A stretch of 64,000 nucleotides of DNA, taken from contig JBAYUW010000002.1 in NCBI GenBank assembly GCA_041674925.1, positions 13,622-77,621 of the forward strand. The letters run 5' to 3'. The stretch comes from Minisyncoccota bacterium (GTDB taxonomy: Bacteria > Patescibacteriota > Minisyncoccia > Phycocordibacterales > GWA1-40-21). Numbering within the stretch: the stretch's first letter is position 1; each line of letters opens with the position of its first letter. Both the position numbers and the translations under genes were made by a program. Shown here one piece after another: positions 61,303 to 64,000 of this stretch. A model generated the notes under the pieces. The model was not told where the DNA came from. It saw only the letters and a program-made list of their open reading frames with translations, and made no database searches.

Positions 61303-62697
61303 ATGAATTCGGAAAAAAATTTAACCTTTGTAATTATGGGGGCGACAGGAGATTTAGCTAAACTCAAGCTTATTCCAGCTCTGTACAAACTATTAAAACT
61401 CAATGTTGTATCCAGGGTTTCACTTATCGGTGTCGCTCGTTCGGTAGTGACGATTCAATCTATTTTAGACGAAGCAAAAAATAATATAAAAGATTTGGAT
61501 TTGGCGGTTTGGGATAATCTATGTCAGTCGGCTTACTATCAAAAACTAGATTTTGATAATATTGCTGATTTTGAAAATTTACACGTCAAGATAAAAGAAG
61601 TTGAACAAAAGCACGGTCTGTCTGGTAACCGATTATTTTACCTCGCCACCTTGCCCGAACATTTTGCTCGGGCGAGTGAAAATTTAGCCAAAGTCGGCTT
61701 GGTCAATAGTAAAGACAACAAGTGGGAAAGGGTTTTATATGAGAAACCTTTTGGCGACAATCATTCTTCTGCCAGACAAATAAATAAAAGTATTGATAAA
61801 GTCTTTGAAGAAAAGAATGTCTTTCGTGTCGATCATTATTTAGGTAAAGAACTGGTGGGGAATATCGCTTTACTTCGTTTCACTAATCGGATTCTAGAGC
61901 CATTGTGGAATAATAAGCACTTAGACTCGGTTCAAATTATTTGTGATGAGAATTTTGGAATAAAAAATCGTGGTAATTATTTTGATAAATATGGCGCCGT
62001 CAAAGATATGTTGCAAAATCATCTTTTGCAAATCTTGTCGCTGATTGCCATGGAATCACCAAAATTTTTGGCGGGAGAATATCTGCGTGATCAAAAAGTG
62101 AAGGTTTTGAAAAAAACTAAAGTGAAAGATATTATTCTTGGTCAGTATGATGGCTATACTCAAGAAAAAGGGGTGAGCGCTGATTCGACGACGGAAACCT
62201 TTTTCGCCGCGCGTTTGGAAATCAATAATAAAAGATGGCGGGGCGTACCGTTTTTTATTCGTTCTGGTAAAAACTTAAATAAAAAAGAAACTGTAATCCA
62301 TCTTCGTTTCAAAGCGGTGGATTGTCTCTTGTCAAAATCTTGCCCATCTGACAGTAATTATTTAACCATCAGAATCGAACCAAATGAAGGTTATTCCTTT
62401 GAATTAAATTCTAAATCTTTACGTCAGGGTTTTGAAATTGAAACTGTTGATATGGATTATTGTCATCACTGTCAGCATGGTGTTAATACTCCCGAAGCTT
62501 ATGAAATTTTACTTGAACAAGCGATCGCTGGAGAACAATCTGTCTTTGTGCGTAATGATGAAGTGGAATTAGCTTGGAAAATCGTCGATCGAATCCAAAT
62601 GAAAGATCAAGTCGTTTATAAATACCCAGTTGGCAGTTCTGGTCCAAAAGAATTAGCCGATTGGAATAAAAAAAATAATATTATATGGAAAAGCTAA
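61303..62697 (+). CDS. zwf: Glucose-6-phosphate 1-dehydrogenase
   Basis: 464 aa. GATGDLAKLKLIPALY, RVDHYLGKE, MLQNHLLQIL. Confidence 0.9.
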   Translation: MNSEKNLTFVIMGATGDLAKLKLIPALYKLLKLNVVSRVSLIGVARSVVTIQSILDEAKNNIKDLDLAVWDNLCQSAYYQKLDFDNIADFENLHVKIKEVEQKHGLSGNRLFYLATLPEHFARASENLAKVGLVNSKDNKWERVLYEKPFGDNHSSARQINKSIDKVFEEKNVFRVDHYLGKELVGNIALLRFTNRILEPLWNNKHLDSVQIICDENFGIKNRGNYFDKYGAVKDMLQNHLLQILSLIAMESPKFLAGEYLRDQKVKVLKKTKVKDIILGQYDGYTQEKGVSADSTTETFFAARLEINNKRWRGVPFFIRSGKNLNKKETVIHLRFKAVDCLLSKSCPSDSNYLTIRIEPNEGYSFELNSKSLRQGFEIETVDMDYCHHCQHGVNTPEAYEILLEQAIAGEQSVFVRNDEVELAWKIVDRIQMKDQVVYKYPVGSSGPKELADWNKKNNIIWKS

Positions 62698-63593
62698 AAA
62701 TCGGTTTTGTCGGCTTGGGTCGCATGGGCTCAAATATGGTTTTAAACCTTCTCGATCATGATTATGAGGTGGTGGTCTATAATCGTACCAAAGAAAAGAT
62801 GACCGAGACAGTAAATTATGGCGCCACTCCCGCCTCAACACTTTCCGAATTGGTGAGACTGTTACCGGACAGAAAAGTAATTTGGCTGATGGTGAATGCT
62901 GGTGAAGCTTTGGATCAGGTCTTGGCTGAACTCACTCCTTTATTAAATGCAGGTGATATTGTGATTGATGGTGGAAATTCTTATTATCAAGATTCACAAG
63001 CGCGTTACAGAAAATTAAAAGAAAAGGGTATAAGTTTTATGGATTGTGGCACTTCAGGCGGAATGGGTGGGGCGCGACACGGTGCTTGCTTGATGATTGG
63101 CGGTGATAAAGAGAGTTTTGACTATATAAGAAATATTTTCCGAGATTTAGCGATCACTGACGGCTTTGCTTATTTAGGAAATTCTGGCGCCGGTCATTAT
63201 GTAAAAATGGTGCACAACGGTATTGAGTACGGCATGATGTCGGCTTTAGGAGAGGGTTTTGAGGTAATAAAAAAATCTAATTTAAATATTGATTTAAAAG
63301 AAGTAGCCAAAGTCTATTCACACGGCAGTATTGTCGAAAGTAAATTGATGGGCTGGCTGGCGGAAAGTTTTAATGAAGAGGGCTATCTCGACAGTATTTC
63401 TGGGAATGTTCCAAAAGGAGAAACCGAAGAAGAAATGAAAAAATTATTAGTCGAAGCGGGTGGTGTAATGCCGACTTTGGATGTGGCGATAAAAGTCCGC
63501 GAGCAATCTCGTGTTTCATCTTCATACACTGGCAAACTGATTTCAGCGATGCGTAATAAATTTGGTGGACATAAGGTGAATAAGGCTGAGTAA
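62685..63593 (+). CDS. gnd: 6-phosphogluconate dehydrogenase (short, decarboxylating type)
   Basis: 302 aa. IGFVGLGRMGSNMVLNL, GNSGAGHYVKMVHNGIEYG. Overlaps zwf by 13 nt. Confidence 0.85.
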   Translation: MEKLKIGFVGLGRMGSNMVLNLLDHDYEVVVYNRTKEKMTETVNYGATPASTLSELVRLLPDRKVIWLMVNAGEALDQVLAELTPLLNAGDIVIDGGNSYYQDSQARYRKLKEKGISFMDCGTSGGMGGARHGACLMIGGDKESFDYIRNIFRDLAITDGFAYLGNSGAGHYVKMVHNGIEYGMMSALGEGFEVIKKSNLNIDLKEVAKVYSHGSIVESKLMGWLAESFNEEGYLDSISGNVPKGETEEEMKKLLVEAGGVMPTLDVAIKVREQSRVSSSYTGKLISAMRNKFGGHKVNKAE

Positions 63594-63603
63594 TATTTTA
63601 AAT

Positions 63604-63628
63604 AAAAAACCCACGTTGGTTGCGTGGG
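63604..63628 (-). terminator. Rho-independent terminator of cassette E (minus orientation)
   Basis: Minus strand reads CCCACG-caaccaa-CGTGGG-TTTTTT. Confidence 0.65.
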
Positions 63629-63635
63629 GAAGCGT

Positions 63636-63833
63636 CTAGGAATGAAAACTCAACTCTACTCGGTCAAATGACCCAGGCGCAGAACGATTCTCCACCGCAT
63701 GGCTCATCCCACGGGCTTGAGATTCGCAAACCATCGACTCCAGTTCTTCTTGGTCGCTTTTAGTCTGGGCGACAAGGATTATTCGAGCAAGGTTACGAAA
63801 ACTGCCTTCTGTGAATTCGTGTGTCACGATCAT
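63636..63833 (-). CDS. 65-aa hypothetical soluble protein (cassette E)
   Basis: GGGAG 5 nt upstream of the ATG at 63833. MIVTHEFTEGSFRNLARIILVAQTKSDQEELESMVCESQARGMSHAVENRSAPGSFDRVELSFHS. The track ORF begins at an upstream GTG (63863). Confidence 0.45.
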   Translation of the reverse strand: MIVTHEFTEGSFRNLARIILVAQTKSDQEELESMVCESQARGMSHAVENRSAPGSFDRVELSFHS

Positions 63834-63867
63834 ATATACTCCCATCACTTTACTTTTACCCACTTTC

Positions 63868-63896
63868 AGACTAACTCAGACGATTGACTCTGTCAA
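63868..63896 (-). promoter_or_regulatory. Promoter TTGACA-N17-TAGTCT of cassette E
   Basis: -35 at 63891-63896 lies inside the palindrome TTGAC-tct-GTCAA. -10 at 63868-63873 (minus-strand reading). Confidence 0.45.
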
Positions 63897-63900
63897 TCAA

Positions 63901-64000
63901 TTACTTGTAATACTTTTTATAGACAGATCTTAATTCCTTGGTTAATCCGTCTGGAATTCGCACTTTCAGTTTTGAGTTTGTGGCTAAACAATAAGCATGA
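63901..64000 (-). CDS. 3' end (last 32 codons + stop) of a gene entering from the right edge; product unknown
   Basis: Reverse complement reads ...HAYCLATNSKLKVRIPDGLTKELRSVYKKYYK-stop in an open frame to the window edge. Confidence 0.35.
   Translation of the reverse strand, partial: HAYCLATNSKLKVRIPDGLTKELRSVYKKYYK

Noticed and set aside
1581-63887. Numerous 60-130-aa antisense or shadow ORFs inside long genes (for example 1581-1844, 3155-3343, 3714-4348, 5810-6425, 8715-9132, 12487-13288, 23119-23953, 29448-30470, 41764-43577, 49301-50008, 58517-58909)
   Set aside because: They lie fully within, and antisense to or out of frame with, genes that carry clear family motifs. Their compositions are low-complexity or biased, and they have no start signals.
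1-64000. Alternative genetic code (UGA recoding, as in some CPR lineages)
   Set aside because: Long housekeeping ORFs are intact under the standard code, and TGA terminates well-defined genes (for example 2263-2265 and 46823-46825).
1-64000. CRISPR arrays, rRNA operons, transposases, prophage blocks
   Set aside because: No regularly spaced direct repeats, no rRNA-like conserved stretches and no transposase or phage structural motifs were seen. The only recombinase is a chromosomal Xer-type enzyme.

Overview
This window is AT-rich overall (about one third G+C by hand count of sample stretches), densely packed, and reads cleanly under the standard code (TGA is used as a stop). Gene content and protein style fit a reduced-genome CPR/Patescibacteria (Parcubacteria-like) bacterium, but that placement is inference only because no rRNA is present. 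It contains the replication origin region (rpmH-rnpA-yidC-jag | dnaA-oriC-dnaN). It also holds many housekeeping genes: cca, xth, xerC/D-like, rpsO, pnp, comM/yifB, pcrA/uvrD, rsmA, PBP1A, tyrS, ruvC, yebC, ruvB, ruvA, tsaE, polA, dsbB/dsbA-like, trmH-like, mutM, a Mur ligase, rpsT, zwf and gnd. Five tRNAs are present: Pro-UGG, Gly-GCC, Arg-UCG, Lys-UUU and Arg-GCG. I saw no rRNA, CRISPR array, transposase or phage integrase.

Main items worth a second look:
1. An 8.4 kb chromosomal Gram-positive-type type IV secretion-like operon (VirB6-like, PrgI/VirB3-like, VirB4, pilin-like, several unknowns). It has no relaxase, coupling protein or VirB11, and secreted/cell-wall proteins lie next to it.
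2. Five short GC-enriched autonomous cassettes (46.6, 50.7, 53.8-54.1, 56.0-56.6 and 63.6-63.9 kb). Each has a sigma70-type promoter and a strong intrinsic terminator, and all but the leaderless 50.7 kb one have a Shine-Dalgarno site. They encode tiny membrane, lipoprotein-like or basic proteins, and two of them share a 29/32-identical promoter module.
3. Two candidate structured RNAs with complete promoters (about 7303-7492 minus; 48780-48951 minus, closed by a 25-bp stem).
4. A pervasive leaderless layout, with a -10 box (often TGn-extended) 6-9 nt upstream of the ATG.
5. Perfect TTATCCACA(G) DnaA-box-like motifs upstream of promoters far from oriC.
6. 27-nt direct repeats bracketing a frameshifted mazF/pemK-like toxin and one further gene at the pnp 3' end.
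7. A mini EPSP-synthase-like gene abutting a homoserine-dehydrogenase-like gene.

All family calls come from reading motifs by eye. No database search was run.
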